From the human T2T-CHM13v2.0 reference genome, Homo sapiens: 64,000 nt of DNA. Numbering within the stretch: position 1 is the stretch's first letter; every line of letters starts with the position of its first letter. The notes beneath the pieces are model-generated. The model was given only the letters and a program-made list of their open reading frames with translations. It was not told the DNA's origin and did not search any database. A program made the translations under genes and the position numbers. Shown here one piece after another: positions 1-20,219 of the stretch. Location of the stretch: the NCBI RefSeq assembly GCF_009914755.1, contig NC_060929.1; one strand, written 5' to 3'.

Positions 1-249
1 ATTGAGTCAGACAGAAGAAAATATATTTTCATCAATGCTGAAGAATTTCATTTACAAGGTTAATGAAGAAAAATGCAGTAGTTTGTGTGTATGTGTCTAT
101 GTGTGTTCATTTGTTTCTTCTTCCAATTTTAGTTATCTCCTTCTCTAGAATCCTCATTTTGTGCCAAAGGCTCAGTCAGGACAAGGGTATAATTTTGTCT
201 AAGGAGCGAAGGAGTAGAAAAAAGGATAATGCGTAGGATGTAGGGAATC

Positions 250-560
250 AAAATCTCCCATACTCTGCTACTGAGAATATAATTTGGTGCCTTTTACAAT
301 CAGCAGCATATATTAAAAGCTTTCAAATGAGCATCATCTTTGACCCAGCAATTTTTCCACTAGGAATTTATTCTACAGAAATCATAAAAAAATGTGAATG
401 AGGAAGACTATACAAGAATAATATTTGTTAGTTGGAAATAAACTAAGTTACTGAAGTGAAGGATAAGTTATGTAAATTATGGCACATCCACGTATTAGAA
501 TATTGTGCAGAAATTAACTTCATGTCATTAAAGAATAACATGGTTGAATGTTTAACATAA
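250..560 (+). mobile_element. Old L1M (L1ME-like) ORF2-end/3' fragment
   Basis: TTTGACCCAGCAATTTTTCCACTAGGAATTTATTCTACAGAAAT resembles the L1M '[12 protein letters not shown]' region; highly diverged, boundaries approximate. Confidence 0.55.
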
Positions 561-608
561 TTGGAAAATGATTAAAGGGAGCTACAAAGGTTTGTGTTTC
601 TTATAGTT

Positions 609-643
609 TATAGATAGACAGATAGATAGATAGAAAAACAGAC
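609..643. repeat. (GATA/GACA)n microsatellite
   Basis: tatagatagacagatagatagatagaaaaacagac. Confidence 0.7.
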
Positions 644-2403
644 AGGAAAAGCCCCCAGTCATTCACAAAAAAATCCATGGAAATGGAATTGAAATTTAAT
701 AGAACAAGAGTAAGAAATTTGGCTCCTGACAATAACTTTCCCCGATTCATCAAAGGAAGATGCCAGAAGCCCTAACTAACATAATAATGATTTTAGAATC
801 ATGTGCCAAAAGGATACAACCATGAGCATGGATGTATATAATGTATGTTCATAGCTATATGAATACATTTCAATTTATGTATTTGTATGATACCACATCG
901 TGCAATAAGATGAATAGATATTCATTAATTCTGAAGGATGTGCTTAAGAGAGTATGACTTTAAAATATGAGCTACTTGGAGTCCTGGGGAGGATCCCACA
1001 GAAAAAAGCAGATCTCTTCAAGAGGGGCTAAAAAGAAGATTCAGGGAGAAGCCAAGTGACTCTTACTCTTAGAGGTAATCCATACCCATTAAGATACCAC
1101 AAAGAAAACACACCATAATTTTAAATAAGAATCCAACTCATCATAAAACCAGAGGCCCAAATTTCAGGGCTTTATTTGCCACTGAGCTGCTTTTCACAAG
1201 GTAAGTGCCCCAGGAAAAAAAGATGTGGCAAGAAGTGCTTTACTTAGCAATGATTGAAGATCTTCTAGCCAACAGTGTGGAGTGTGGCCAGTATCTCCAC
1301 AATTAATGAGGAGTGAACATGTGAGTTCTGACTGTCTAATGTCTTGATTTCCCACAATAGAGGCAAAGTCAAAATGTGAAGGGATGGGGACCTAGATAAT
1401 AATTTCACCTGCTTTAGGATTTCCCCTACTACTAACCTGAAGAAATATGGAAGATGTAGTTTAATGTCACTGTATGTACTCTAGTATGAAGAAAAGCCAT
1501 TCTTTATTCACATTTTTGAAGGCCACATTTAGGTCATAAATCTCTTTAAAAATGTGATTTTTATTTTGTTTTCCCATTACTTTCCTATTGAAATGGGCTA
1601 TCTCATGTTCATGCACTTGGAGTTCCAAGCAGGTTTTTGCCCAACATCTATTCTGGAGAGGATTTCACCCTTGAGTGAGTTTAGACTGGATGACACTGGA
1701 GGAGCTGTCTTCACTCAAAAATCTTATAGTTCCCTACCTTCCATAGCTTTCTATCAATGACTGTTTATTTGTTATTCTAGGCACTCTTGCTGCACTAGAA
1801 TATTTATACGGACTCCCCACATTGCTAGGGCAGGAAACAGACTTGCCCCAGCTTTTCTTATTAAAGGCATATTATGTACACAATTAAACTCAACAGGTGA
1901 GAAATACAAGACCACAGCTAAGAGTGTTGGCCTGTTGCCCAGGCTCCTTAAAAAAGCTGTATCAAGAAGAGTTTATTAGGGAAGACTAGGAATCTCCTAG
2001 GAACCACCATTTGTAATAGCACCCTCCCCCCTTTTATTGGCCTTTTGAGAAAATCTGAGTGGTCAAAACAGTTACTTTGTAAGTCTCAGCTCCCTCCCCT
2101 AATACTCATGTTAATTAAGTGAAGTTTCCAAATGAAGGCTAAGATTTTGATTCTTCTAGACATTCTCAGAACATCTTAATATATTGCACTTGAGAAATTA
2201 CTATGAATTCCTAAAGGTTCAGATAGTGGATAGGGTATAGATTTTGTAGTCAGATATATGCAATTTCAGATCTTAGTGTTGCCACTTACCCTTCTAGGGC
2301 CACTTCCTTTTTATCTCAACCCTCTGAACTGTAAAATTAGGATAATGGTGTTTACTTTCCAGGATTATTGTAAAGATTGAGCACATTTAAGATTCTGATT
2401 GCA

Positions 2404-2707
<304 letters not shown>

Positions 2708-3137
2708 TTACAATCTCTGATACATAATAGACAGTCACAGGTTTCCCTCTCTTGTCCTGCTATACTCAACGATATTACCACATACTTGGAGAGACAAACT
2801 TTAGTCACTTGGAAATTTCAATACAAACGGAGGACCATAAAGGAGTTGAAGAGTAGTGCTGCCAACTACAAGTACTACATGATAAATTCTTGTACATTAT
2901 CATCATCATCGTTGTCATCATGGTTAGTTTAGCAGGTGCTACCTCACCTGTATCCCTTAGGGCTTTATCATTTCATTGCTTACCAGCTTGTCTTCCAAAT
3001 GTGAGTGTGCATCTCTTTTGCTGCAACTTTCTCCTGCCTTTGGAGCCCACTCTGCTTACCGACCTGGCAAGTTAGACATGCAGGGGATTAATGTCTTCAG
3101 CAGCATCCCTCAACCAATCATTGACAAGAATTGATGG

Positions 3138-3328
3138 GCAAGTTGTTCTCAAATTTGAGCGAGCATCAAAATCACCTGAAGAGGCCTTGTTAAATCACCA
3201 CTGCTGGTTCCACCCCCAGAGCTTCTAATTTAGTAGCTCTGGGGTGGGCTTGAGAATTTGCATTTCTAGTAAGTTTCCAAGCGATGCCGATCCTGCTGGT
3301 CCAAATACAGCACTTTGAGAACCAGTGG
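3138..3328. mobile_element. MER5A (hAT-Charlie non-autonomous)
   Basis: GTTCTCAAA...AATCACCTG...GAATTTGCATTTCTA...CACTTTGAGAACCAGTG, ~190 bp with degenerate TIRs. Confidence 0.85.
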
Positions 3329-3368
3329 GATACCATCTTTTCTCAGGTAGTGCATGTTCTACACTGGC

Positions 3369-3773
3369 AGCATTAATGTGTTAGGGCTGCCATAACAAAA
3401 TACTGCACACTGGGTGGCTTAAACAACAGAAATTATTTTCTCACAGTTCTGGAGACTAGAAGTCCAAGATCAAGGTGTTGGCAGGTTAAATTTCTCCAGA
3501 GACCACACTCCTCTCTCCTTGGCTTGCAGGTGTCCGCCTTCTTGCTGTGTCCTTACATGGACTTTTATCTGTGTAGGCATATCCCTGGTATTTCTCATGT
3601 GTGTCCAAATTTCCTCTTTCTGTAAAGACATGAGTCAGATTGGATTGCAGCCCACCCTTATGATCTCATTTAATGTTAATTACCTCTGTAAAGGCCCTGT
3701 CTTCAAATATAGTCACATTGGAATTTAGGCTTCCACATCTGAATTTTGGTGGGATACAAGTCGGTTCATAACA
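3369..3773 (-). mobile_element. MLT1A/B MaLR solo LTR
   Basis: AGGGCTGCCATAACAAAATAC...GGCTTAAACAACAGAAATT...AAGTCCAAGATCAAGGTG; 5-bp TSD CTGGC at 3364-3368 and 3774-3778. Confidence 0.85.
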
Positions 3774-5058
3774 CTGGCTTTTAGAATTCTTCAGGCAATT
3801 AAGCTCCAGAGATGCACAGTGATAACTTGTCTAATAGTGCATCCTTGGTCTGTTTTCGCTTCTTTGCCTCAGTTGTTTCCCGGAATTATGTTCTAAATAA
3901 ACCACATGTGCTTAATTCCTTGTCTCAGGGCAAGCTTCTGTGACATCCTAAACTAAAACAATCAGTGTTCATCTATCAAATCCTTACTTTAAAAAATTAC
4001 ATAATACTTAAATCTGTATAGATAATGCCTAGACTTAGATGTCAAGAGATAAATTACAATTTCAACTTTGTTGCTCACTCATTGTGTAATCTTTGAACAC
4101 TAAGTGAATCTCTCTAAGCTTCAATTTTATCAAATAGTAAATGCACATATTAATTTCAGCCTTGACTAACTTCTATAGGTAGCATGAAGACATGTATCAC
4201 TTACAATTCTTTGGTCGTAACAGAAAGCTGTTTTAGCTAGCTTAAGCAACAGAAGGGTCTTTATTAGAAGGTTATCAGGTAACTTGCAGAATTAGAAACT
4301 GGTAGGAACAATAATGTTCTATATAAGCAGACACTACTTGACTCTCTCACTTGGAAATAGTGCTGATGTAGCAGAGGGTCATGAGAAGGCAATATCAGGA
4401 CTATAAACCCACAAAGAACATCAACCAAGGGTGTCAATAAATTTAATATGTTCCAGATATAGTGTGCTGACTGTACTATTGAGTTAGATACCATTTAATT
4501 CGATAAGATCTATCATCAATCAGGCTAGGGGGACTTTCACTTTTGCATGTATACTTCAGATTTGGGGGAGCTCAATTTCAAGCAATCTTCTGACATTTGT
4601 GTCCACTTAACGAAAAAAACCAGGAGTAGAAATGCACCATGCAGATGATAGCTGTTAAATATTGTTCACCACTATCTTATGTATCACGGGACCCATGTAC
4701 TTGAAGAAAAGTAAAATCTTATTTTTTAATGATACATGTGTCACATCTGATCATGACGCAATCTGTCAAAACATAAATTTTATATTTATTGCAACCCTAA
4801 TGAGTGACTTCTAAACTTGTCCTCATGCTGGGTGACACCATGTTCAAGATTTATAGTCTTAGAATAGATTCTGATTGGAAAAGCTTGAGTCACATGACTT
4901 TGGCTGTGCAAAGGCATCAAAAGGAAGGATCTGAAGTGATAAATCTCCTGTGACATTTTGGTCTCTGCACTAGAAAGGCAGAGTAACTTCATGTATAGTC
5001 ACCAAGACATCACACGACAGGCAAAAAGTAACTTCTTATACCCACCACGCCCCCACCC

Positions 5059-5060
<2 letters not shown>

Positions 5061-5097
<37 letters not shown>
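5061..5097. repeat. (CA)n microsatellite, ~18 units
   Basis: Direct reading. Confidence 0.95.
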
Positions 5098-5100
<3 letters not shown>

Positions 5101-5294
5101 GCAATTAGAAATTAGAAAGAGGGATGCAATTAGAAAGAGGGACTTGGTGTTTGGTGCTGCATAGCTCCCAAATGACCAGTCTTCATTATAGAATCAAATG
5201 AGGAAACGAAAAGCACTTGTGCTTTTAAAAGCATATAGTCCTATATTAGTATGGGAAGGTTATTGTTGTCCTCCTGCTAGTGCATATACAATAC

Positions 5295-5592
5295 TTATTT
5301 ATTTTTAAAGACAGGGTCTCACTCTGCCACCCAGGCTACAGTACAGTGGCATGATCATAGCTCACTGCAACCTTGAACTCCTGGGCTCAAGTGATCTTCT
5401 CCTCTCAGCCTTCTGAGTTGCTCAGACTACAGCCGTGCATTTCCATGATCATCTAATTTTTACAGTTTTGGTAGAGATAAGGAGGTCTCACTCTCTTGCA
5501 CCTGTTCATCTCAAACCTCTAGTTTCAAGTGATGCTCCTGCCTCAGCCTCCTAAAATGCTAGGATTACAGGTGTGAGCCACCAGGCCCAGCT
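5295..5592 (-). mobile_element. AluJ
   Basis: Antisense Alu with J diagnostics (ATCATAGCTCACTGCA, CTGGGCTCAAG); diverged. Confidence 0.9.
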
Positions 5593-6869
5593 TACAGTAA
5601 TTACTAATTATTGAATCGAAGAGTCTTAACGAAAAAGTCTAAGCAGGGAAACTGAAAAAAAAAGTGTTGAATTGGTGGCCGGATTAACTTTCCTGGTAAT
5701 GAGGTCATCCAGAGAATTGCTTCCACATGCTATAACCCTCTGAAAAAGACTATGAAGGAATGCGGGTATTACCTGTTAGGTAATATCCTCTTTGATATTT
5801 TCTAGAGAGCTTGGCTTGGGGACTATGATATTTAACTTTGTTAGGAGTGGGGCATGTTGTGTTCTATCTCTCCTTTAGTTATAACCTTGTGGTGGGACAT
5901 AGGCAAGTTCCTTCCACTTCCTAAACCTCTGCTTCCCCATCTCTAAATAGAGGGTTGGATTAGATCTTTGTAGCTTGAATCTCATATCTCACAACTGAAA
6001 GCTGAGTGAGCAATAAACAGACTCATTGCAGAGTCAAGGAGCCAGTATGCTAGAATGGGTTCCCATAAAGCTGAGGCCTGGGCTGGGTAGACAGTAGATC
6101 AAAAAGAAAGAGAGAAAGAACGGCAGGTAGCCACCACTGTAAAAAACACCATGGACTTTCATGGGTAATACCCTGGCTTTGAGAATCAAATTTTGCCCCC
6201 ACCCACAAAAGCCCATTCAATATTTCCATCAAGATGTAATTGTCCAAGCCTGTACCATATATTGATCCTGAACACATTAGACTAGAAAAAACAAACTTAA
6301 AATGAAGCACAAGGGGAGGTGAAACTCTGGCTCTATCTTCACCACTTGCTTAAGTATAATTTTTGCAGTACTATCATTTGTGTCAGGAAACTGCAGAAAC
6401 AATGTTGTCTTCATAAAAATGTGTGTGGGTGAGGGAGGTGGGGAATTATTTATCAGATGCTAGCCTTTTTAAACACTGCATTGATGATTTGTCTAAGACT
6501 CATGTTTCCATGACACTGAATCAGACAAAGGTAATAATGGCAATGGCAGCTTGTGAAGACTTGCAGTCTGAAGGACAGTGACAATATTTAGAAAATGTTT
6601 CTCAAGAGAGAACTGTGGTTATGGCCTGATAAGATTCAGAAAGTGCAAATGATAGGACCCCAAGAGGAAACCCAAAATAGTTGGGAAAATCTCTCTCTCT
6701 CTCTTTCTCTTTCTTTCCCCATCAGAAGAGCTTCCCAGCGGTAGAAAACAGGACTCAGAGCTCATAGAGGAAGACAGACTTGAGCAGGTCCATTCATGCA
6801 TTCACCTGCATTAGGGCAGGACCACTCAAAAACTTTTCACTGGATATCACTTTTAAAAACTAAATTCAG

Positions 6870-8597
<1,728 letters not shown>

Positions 8598-10391
8598 AAC
8601 TCGAGGTTTTTATATATGTATGGATTGTGAAATTATTACCGAGTCAAGCTAATTATTATGTCTATCACTTCATATACTTATCGTGTGTGAGAGTGTGTGT
8701 GTATGTGTGTGTTCAGAATACTTAAGATCTACTTTCTTAGGAAATATCAAGTACACAATATATTATCATTAACTAATTAGGTCTCCAGAACTTATTCATC
8801 TTTAACTAAAATTCTATATCCTTTGGCTAACATATCTCCTTTCCCCCAATCCCCATCCTCTGGTGACTACTATTCTACTTTTTGTTTCTACAAGTCATAT
8901 TTTTTAAGATTGTACATATAAGTGAGATTATGCAGTATTTCTCTTTGTGTCAGGTTTATTTTACCTAGCATAACGTCCTCCAAGTTTTATGTTGTCATAA
9001 AATGGTAGTATTGCCTTCTTTTATAATGCTGAATAATATTTCATTGTGTGGTGAAATAATATTTATACATGAAATATAATATCCCAATATCCCATATATG
9101 TATATGTATGTGTACTACATTTTCTTTATCCATTCATCTGTCAATGGATACTTAGGTTTTTTCCATATCTTGGCTGCTGTAAATGATACAGCAATAAACA
9201 TGGGAGTATAGATTACTGGCTTCATTTTCTTTGGATGTATATCCAGAAGTGGCATTGATTGATCATATTGTAGTTTTATTTTTAACTTTTTGAGGAATCT
9301 TCATATTATTTTCCAAAATGGCAGTACCAATTTACATTCCCACCAATGTTCAAGGGTTCTCTTTTTTCCACATTCTTACTAACACTTGTTATCTTTTGAC
9401 ATTTGGTAATAGCCACCCTAACAGATATGAGGAGAGATCTCATAACAGGCTTGATTTGCCCTTCCTTCATGGTTAGTGGTGTTGAGCACCTTTTCATACA
9501 CCTGTTGGCCATTGTATGTCTTATTTGGAAAAATATCTATTTAGGTTCTTTACCCTTTAAAAAATTGTGTTATTTATTTATTTATTTATTTGCTATTAAA
9601 TTGTAGGTGTTCCTTATACATTTTGAATATTAGTCCCTTACTGAATGTATGGTTTACAAATATTTTCTCCCATTGTGTGGGTTGTCCTTTCATCTTGTTG
9701 ATTGTTTCCTTAGCTGTGCAGAAGCTTTTTGAGTTTGGTGTAGCTATAGTCATTTATTTTTTTTCTCTTTTTGCCTGTCCAATTTCTTTCTTTTCTCTTC
9801 TTTTTTTATTTTTTTATTTTTTGCATGTAAATATCCAGCTTCCCAACACCATGTACTGAAAAGATGAAGTTTTCCGTCTTATGTATCATTGGCATCTTTG
9901 TCAGGTTGGTTGACCATATATGCATAGGTTTATTTCATGGATTTCTATTCCGTTCCATTGGTCTATGTGTCTTTTGTTATGCCAATGTCATACTATTTTC
10001 ATTAGTATAGTTTTGTAAAATAAAACCAGAAAGTCTAATGCCACTTACTTATGTATTTTTGCTCAAGATAGTTGTAGCTATTTGGGGTCTTTTGTGCTTT
10101 CATATGAATTGTAGAATTGTTTTTCTATTTCTGTGGAAAATACTATTGACATTTTAATAGAAGTTTTATTGAACATGTAGCTAGCACTAGGTAGCATGGA
10201 CACCTTGACAATATATTTTTTCCAATCCTTGAACACAGGGTATTTTCATATTTATTTGTGTCTTCAGTTTCTGTTATTAATGTTTTACAGTTTTAATTGA
10301 ACAGATATTCACCTCCTAGGTTATATTTATTCCTAAAATATTTATTCTTTTCAATACTACTGTAAAAAGTTTTTTTAACATTAATTTTTAT

Positions 10392-10754
<363 letters not shown>

Positions 10755-11845
10755 TTACTTTATACAAAAAAAGTCTGATTTTTGTATAGAGATTCTCTAT
10801 CCTGCAAATTTACTGAATTCATTTTTTAATTCTAATAGTTTTTTGGGTGGAATCTTTAAGATTTTTTCTATGTAAGATCATATCATATACAAAGAGAGAC
10901 AATTTTATTTTTTTCTTTCTGATCTGGGTGTCTTTTATTTCCTTCTCTTGCCTAATTGTTCTGGCTAGAACTTCCAGTACTATGTTGAATAGAAGTGGTA
11001 AAAGTGGGAATTTTTGTCTTGCTCTGGATCTTAGAGAAAAAGCATTCAGCCTTTCATCATTGTATATGATGTTAGCCAAGGGATTGTCATATATTCTTTA
11101 TTGTGTTGAAGTACATCCTTTCTAAACCTAATTTATTGAGAGTTTTTATCATGAAAGGATATTGAATTTTGTCAAATGCTTTTTCTGCATTTATTTAGAT
11201 GATTCCATGATTTATATCTTTCATTTTGTTAATGTCAAGTATCACATTCATTGATGTGCATATATTGAACCATCCTTGCATCCCAGGGATAAATCTCACT
11301 TAATTATGGTGTGTGATCTTTTCAATGTGTTGTTGAACTCAGTTTGCTAATATTTTGTTGAGTGTTTTTGCCTGGATATTTATCAGAGATATTGGCCTGT
11401 TTTCTTTTTTCGTACTGACTTTTCCTGACTTTCATGTCAAGGTAATGTTAGTCTCATGAGTTTGGAAGCCTTCCTTCCTGAGACTGAGAAGGATTGCTAT
11501 GAAATTAAAAAAAAAAAGTTTAGTAAAATTCAGCAGTGAAGCCATCAGGTTCTGGGCTTTTCTTTCTTGAGAGGTTTTTAATAACTGATTCAATCTCCCT
11601 ATTTGTTATTGGTTTGCTTAGATTTTGCATTTCTTCATGATTCAGTCTTGGTGTATTGAAAGTGTTCAGGAATTCATCCATTTGTCTAAGGTAATCAAAC
11701 TTTTTGGTGCATAATTGTTCATAGTAGTCTCTTATGGTTTTTCGCATTTCTGTGGTATCTGATGTAATATCTCCTCTTTTATTTCTAATTTTATTTTGGT
11801 CATCTTTCTGTATATCTTAGTCTAGCTAAAAGTTTATTGATTTTG

Positions 11846-13195
11846 ACATAGACCAATGAAACAGGTTAGATAAACCAGAAATAAAGCTGCACACCTACAA
11901 TCATATGATCTTCAACAAAATCCACAAAAACAAGCAATGGAGAAAGGACACCCTGTTTAATAATTAGTACTGTGATTACTGGCTAGCCACATGCAGAAGA
12001 TTGAAACTGAACCTCTTTCTCTCACCATATACAAAAATCTATTCAAGGGATTAAAGATTTAAATATAAAACCTAATGCTAAAAAACCCTAGAAGAAGACT
12101 TAGTAACACCATTCTAGACATTAGCTTTTGCAAACATTTCATGTTGAAGACCTCCAAAGCAACTGCAACAACAACAAAAATTTGACAAGTCAGACCTAAT
12201 TAAACTAAAGAGCCTCTACACAGAAAAGGAAATTATCAACAGAGTAAACAAACAATCTACAAAATGGAAGAAAATATTTGAAAACTATGCATCTGACAAA
12301 GGTTTAATATCTAGGATCTATAAGAAACCTTAACAAGTCAACAAGAAAAAAACACCATTAAAAATGGGCAAAGGACATGAACAGACATTTCTCAAAACAT
12401 TCTGACATCCAACACAAATGAAAAAATGCTCCACATCATTAGTCAGTCATTATAGAAATGTAAATCAAAACCATGATGAGATACCGTCTCAAGCCTGTCA
12501 GAATAACTATTATTAAAAAGTGAAGAAACAACAGACCCTGGTAATGGTTTAGAGAAAAGAAAATGCTTACACACTGTTGGTGGGAATGTAAATTAGTTCA
12601 GCCTCTATGGAAAGCAGTTCAGAGATTTCTCAAAGAACTTAAAACAGAACTACCATTTGACCCAGCAATCCCATTATTGGGTATACACCCAAAGAAATAT
12701 AAATTGTTCTATCATAAAGACACAGGCATGCGTATGCTCATCACTGTAGCACTATTCACAATAGCAAAGGCATGGAATCAACCTACATGCCCATCAGCAG
12801 TGGACTGGATAAAGAAAATGTGGTACATATACACTATGGAATACTATGCAGCCATAAAAAAGAATTATATAATGTCCTTTGCAGCAACATGGATGGAGCT
12901 GGAGGCCATTATCCTAAGTGAATTAACATAGGAGCACAAAACCAAATACTGCATCTTCTCACTTACAAGTGGGAGCTAAACATTGAGTATACACGGGCAC
13001 AAAGTGGTGAACAATAGATACTGGGGCCTACCTGAGGGTGGAGGGTAGGAGGAGGGTGAGAATTGAAAAATTACCTATCGGATACTGTACTCATTACCTA
13101 AGTGACAAAATAATCTGTACACCAAACCCCCATAGCATGCCATTTACCCATGTAACAAACCTGCACGTATACCCCAAACCTAAAATAGAAAAAAA
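11846..13195 (+). mobile_element. L1PA15/16-like 5'-truncated copy
   Basis: ORF2 C-terminal remnant ([17 protein letters not shown] 12563..12931); 3'UTR AAAAATTACCTATCGG...ACAAAATAATCTGTACACCAAACCCC; TSD AAAA(GT/AA)TTATTGA(T/A)TTTG at 11828-11845 and 13193-13210. Confidence 0.9.
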
Positions 13196-14190
13196 AAATT
13201 ATTGAATTTGCTTATCCTTTGAAAATTCCAACTATGAGTTTAATTGGTCTTTTTATTTTTCTATATTTCATTTATTTTTGTCCTTCTTTATTTTCATCCT
13301 TCTGTGGACTTTGAGCTTAGTTTGTTCTTTGGTTGTTTATTTGAGATCTTTCTTTTTACTTAATGTATAACTTCTGCTTTAGAATTGGTTTTGCTTCATC
13401 CTATAAGTTTTGGTATATTGTGTTTCCATTTTTGTTTAAAAGTATTTTTTTTTTCCAATTTTCTTAGAGATTTCTCCTTTGACCCATCTGTCGTTCAGGA
13501 ATATGGTGTTTAATTTCTATATATTTGTAAAGTTTTTAGTTTTTCTCCTATTATTGATTTCTAGTTTCATGCCATTGTGTCCAGAAAAGATATTTGATAT
13601 TATTTTAATATTCTTAATTTTGTTAAGTTTTTTTTGTGGCCTAACATATGACCTATTTTGTAAAATGTTCTATGTGCACTTGAGAAAATGTATATTCTCA
13701 GTTGCTGTGAGATGGGATGTTCTGTATATATCTGTGAGGTCCATTGGGTATAAAACATAGTTCAAATTTAATGGTTTTTATTGATTTTTTTCTGGATGAT
13801 ATATCTGTTTTTAAGAGTAGGTTATTAAATCCCCCATTACTATTATATTGCTGCTACTGGGACCATTGAATTTCTCCGTGGCAAAGGCTGCCAGAGTCAT
13901 CTGCCAAGCAGGCCACTGGGGACCACAGTTGTACCTGCTGCATGGCTGATACTGGTAACTGCCACCCTTCTTTGTTTTTAGTTATATCTATATGTCTGTG
14001 GTACACCAATCACCCCAAAAATCCTTTTTGTGCGGTTATTTTCCCTCCACTGTGTTGCTGTAGGTTCTGAACTGGACTCTAGAGACTGCCCAAGTCTACT
14101 TTTGCATATGGATAGCTGAATAATTTTTGTCTTTTGTGGGTGGATAAAGGTTGGTATCTACTACTCTGCCATCTGGATGTTGTTACTCTC

Positions 14191-15050
14191 TAAACTGATA
14201 AATTAAAAATGTAGATGATAAACCCTAAAGCAACAAATAAATAATTAAACAATAAAAGATAGCTATAGGTATAGCTAAACAAAAAGTATAGTCAATAAGG
14301 GACATGCAATAAAATAATACCTACTCAATTCTAGAAAAAAAGGAGAAAAAGAGGAAAAGAAACAAAAGAGCTAATGGGATTACTAGAAAACAAATAGTAA
14401 GACAATAGATTTAACCTAACCACATCAATAATCATATTAAATAGAAATGTACTAAACACTCCTATTAAATACTAGAGATTGTCCAATTGGATAATAAAAA
14501 TGTAACATCCAAATATATGCTACCCATAAGAAACACACTTTAGATATAAAGACACATTTGGTCAAAAGTAAAAGGATGCAATAAGATATACCATGCTAAT
14601 ACTAATCTTTTCCAAAAGGAAGCTAGAATGGCTATAGTAATATCAAAGGAAATTTCAGAGCAAATAATATTTTCAAAGATAAAGAAAGTCATTTTATGGA
14701 GATAAACAGGTCAATTCATCAAGAATACATAGCAATCGTGAAAATTTATATACCAATAACAGAGTTTCAAAGCTGATAAAGCAAAAACTGATAATTTCAA
14801 GACAAATAGATAAATTTATAATTATAGTTGATGATTTTAATACCCTTTTCCAATAACTGAAAGATCAACAAGTCAGAAAAATTAGTCAAGATGTAAAAGT
14901 CTGAACAACACTCTCAAACAGCTTGACCTAATTGACATTTACAGAACATTCTACTCAACATCAGCCAAATATAATTATGTTCAAGTATTTATTGAGGTTG
15001 AATTTATTTTGGGCATAAAACAAGTCTCAATAAATTTAAAAGAATTCCAT
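14191..15050 (+). mobile_element. Ancient L1M inter-ORF/ORF2 endonuclease-region fragment
   Basis: Degenerate ORF2 N-terminal sequence (ATATTAAATAGAAATGTACTAAACACTCCTATTAAA; TTGACCTAATTGACATTTACAGAACA). Confidence 0.65.
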
Positions 15051-15221
15051 TTATTCAAATTTTTTTTTTTATCAAATTGTGCTTTAAAATGAACTTATCA
15101 GTTGACCTAGGAAATCTACCTCTCTGAATTTATCCTAAGATAATGGAACATTGTCCAACACATATATACTGTGTTACTTTGCCATATCACCCTTTAAAGG
15201 CACTCATTTTCCCTTATGTTA

Positions 15222-19054
<3,833 letters not shown>

Positions 19055-20219
19055 AATAGTGTTTCCTGCTAGCGAATTATGCTGTGCTCTTCCCCAGGAA
19101 CTGCCCTCAACAAACGTGAGCTGCTTCACCCAAGTTATGTTCTTCCCCCAGGGGTATCCCATACCCAGTGACTAGTGCGTGGAGGAATACATACTCTTGG
19201 CCATCCAAGGTTCATAGGTTTTTGCAATTGGCTGAAGCCTCTGTAGTGACTGCATTAAGTTCCTCACTTCCTTACAGGTATTATTCCCAAGAGTACTCTC
19301 AATAAACCATCTGAATAAAAATCTCTCTTGGTTTTTCTCCCAGAAATAGAACCCAAGACAAATATGCAAAGATCTACATACACAAGTTTTTATTGCAATA
19401 TTGTTTACAATTGCACTAAATTGAAAGCAACCTAAACCCATTAATGATTAACTAATTAAATAAAATGTTATGCAACATTTACGAGATGACAGTGATGGAC
19501 TTTTTGAAATTAAAATGGTTGAAACAAAAATACCAGATAAGGAAGACAGAAAAATGAAAAAAAAATGTAAACATGTAAACAAGGATCATAGTCATAGTGA
19601 GAAAGACATGCCCCTGCACCCCCACCCTAGTTAGAGGGCTGATACTACAAATTCCAGAGCCAGGTAGAGAGATATGGGTCTATTTTTTTTTATCAAGGTC
19701 CTAACAGTATTAGAAATATATCTGGAAAAAAGATAATGTGAGCAGTGGAGGGAATGGTGGACTTGAAGTATCTGGTTGAAACTGGGGCTACCACTGCAAG
19801 TTCTGGTAGGGGTGGAGTAAGAGTGGAGCTTGAACAGGATCAGTATGGGGGTAGCCGAGGGACTCCAAAGCTGGAGGAAGGCTAGGGCTGAAACTGAGAA
19901 TAAGGAAACGTGGTGCTGAAAAGATAGGAGCAGCGGGATGGTAGGGAGGGTCTAAGTAGAAGTTCTAGTTCAGTGGGAGCATTGGGAAGTGAAGAGAAAG
20001 GGGGCTAAGAAAGTTACAGAATGAGAGATGAGTAGAGGTTGAGAAGGGTGCTGTCCCCTCACATTATAAACCAATAGACCAAGAGAGAAGAAAAAACTAT
20101 GAGAAGTGACCTTAAAAAAACTTCTCTCAATTCTACATTCTAGTTTAAATGAGTTTCCAAAATGCAAAATGTTCTCAACAGCAAGAGCTGGTATAGAGCT
20201 CCTGTTCTGTCTGTAAGTG

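Larger units (their letters stand above)
2950..3960 (+). mobile_element. Old ERVL LTR (LTR16-like) interrupted by MER5A and MLT1
   Basis: 3' end AATAAACCACATGTGCTTAATTCCTTGTCTCAGGGCAAGCTTCTG...CCTAAACTAAAACA typical of LTR16-type termini. Confidence 0.55.

Noticed and set aside
5100-5142. Short duplication GCAATTAGAAA/ATTAGAAAGAGGGA (similar ones at 23632-23676 and 50151-50195)
   Set aside because: Ordinary slippage-scale duplications with no further structure
6690-6790. Strong-looking acceptor (CT-rich tract + CAG at 6723-6725)
   Set aside because: The tract is a (CT)n microsatellite and the nearest donor (CAG|GTCCAT) is weak
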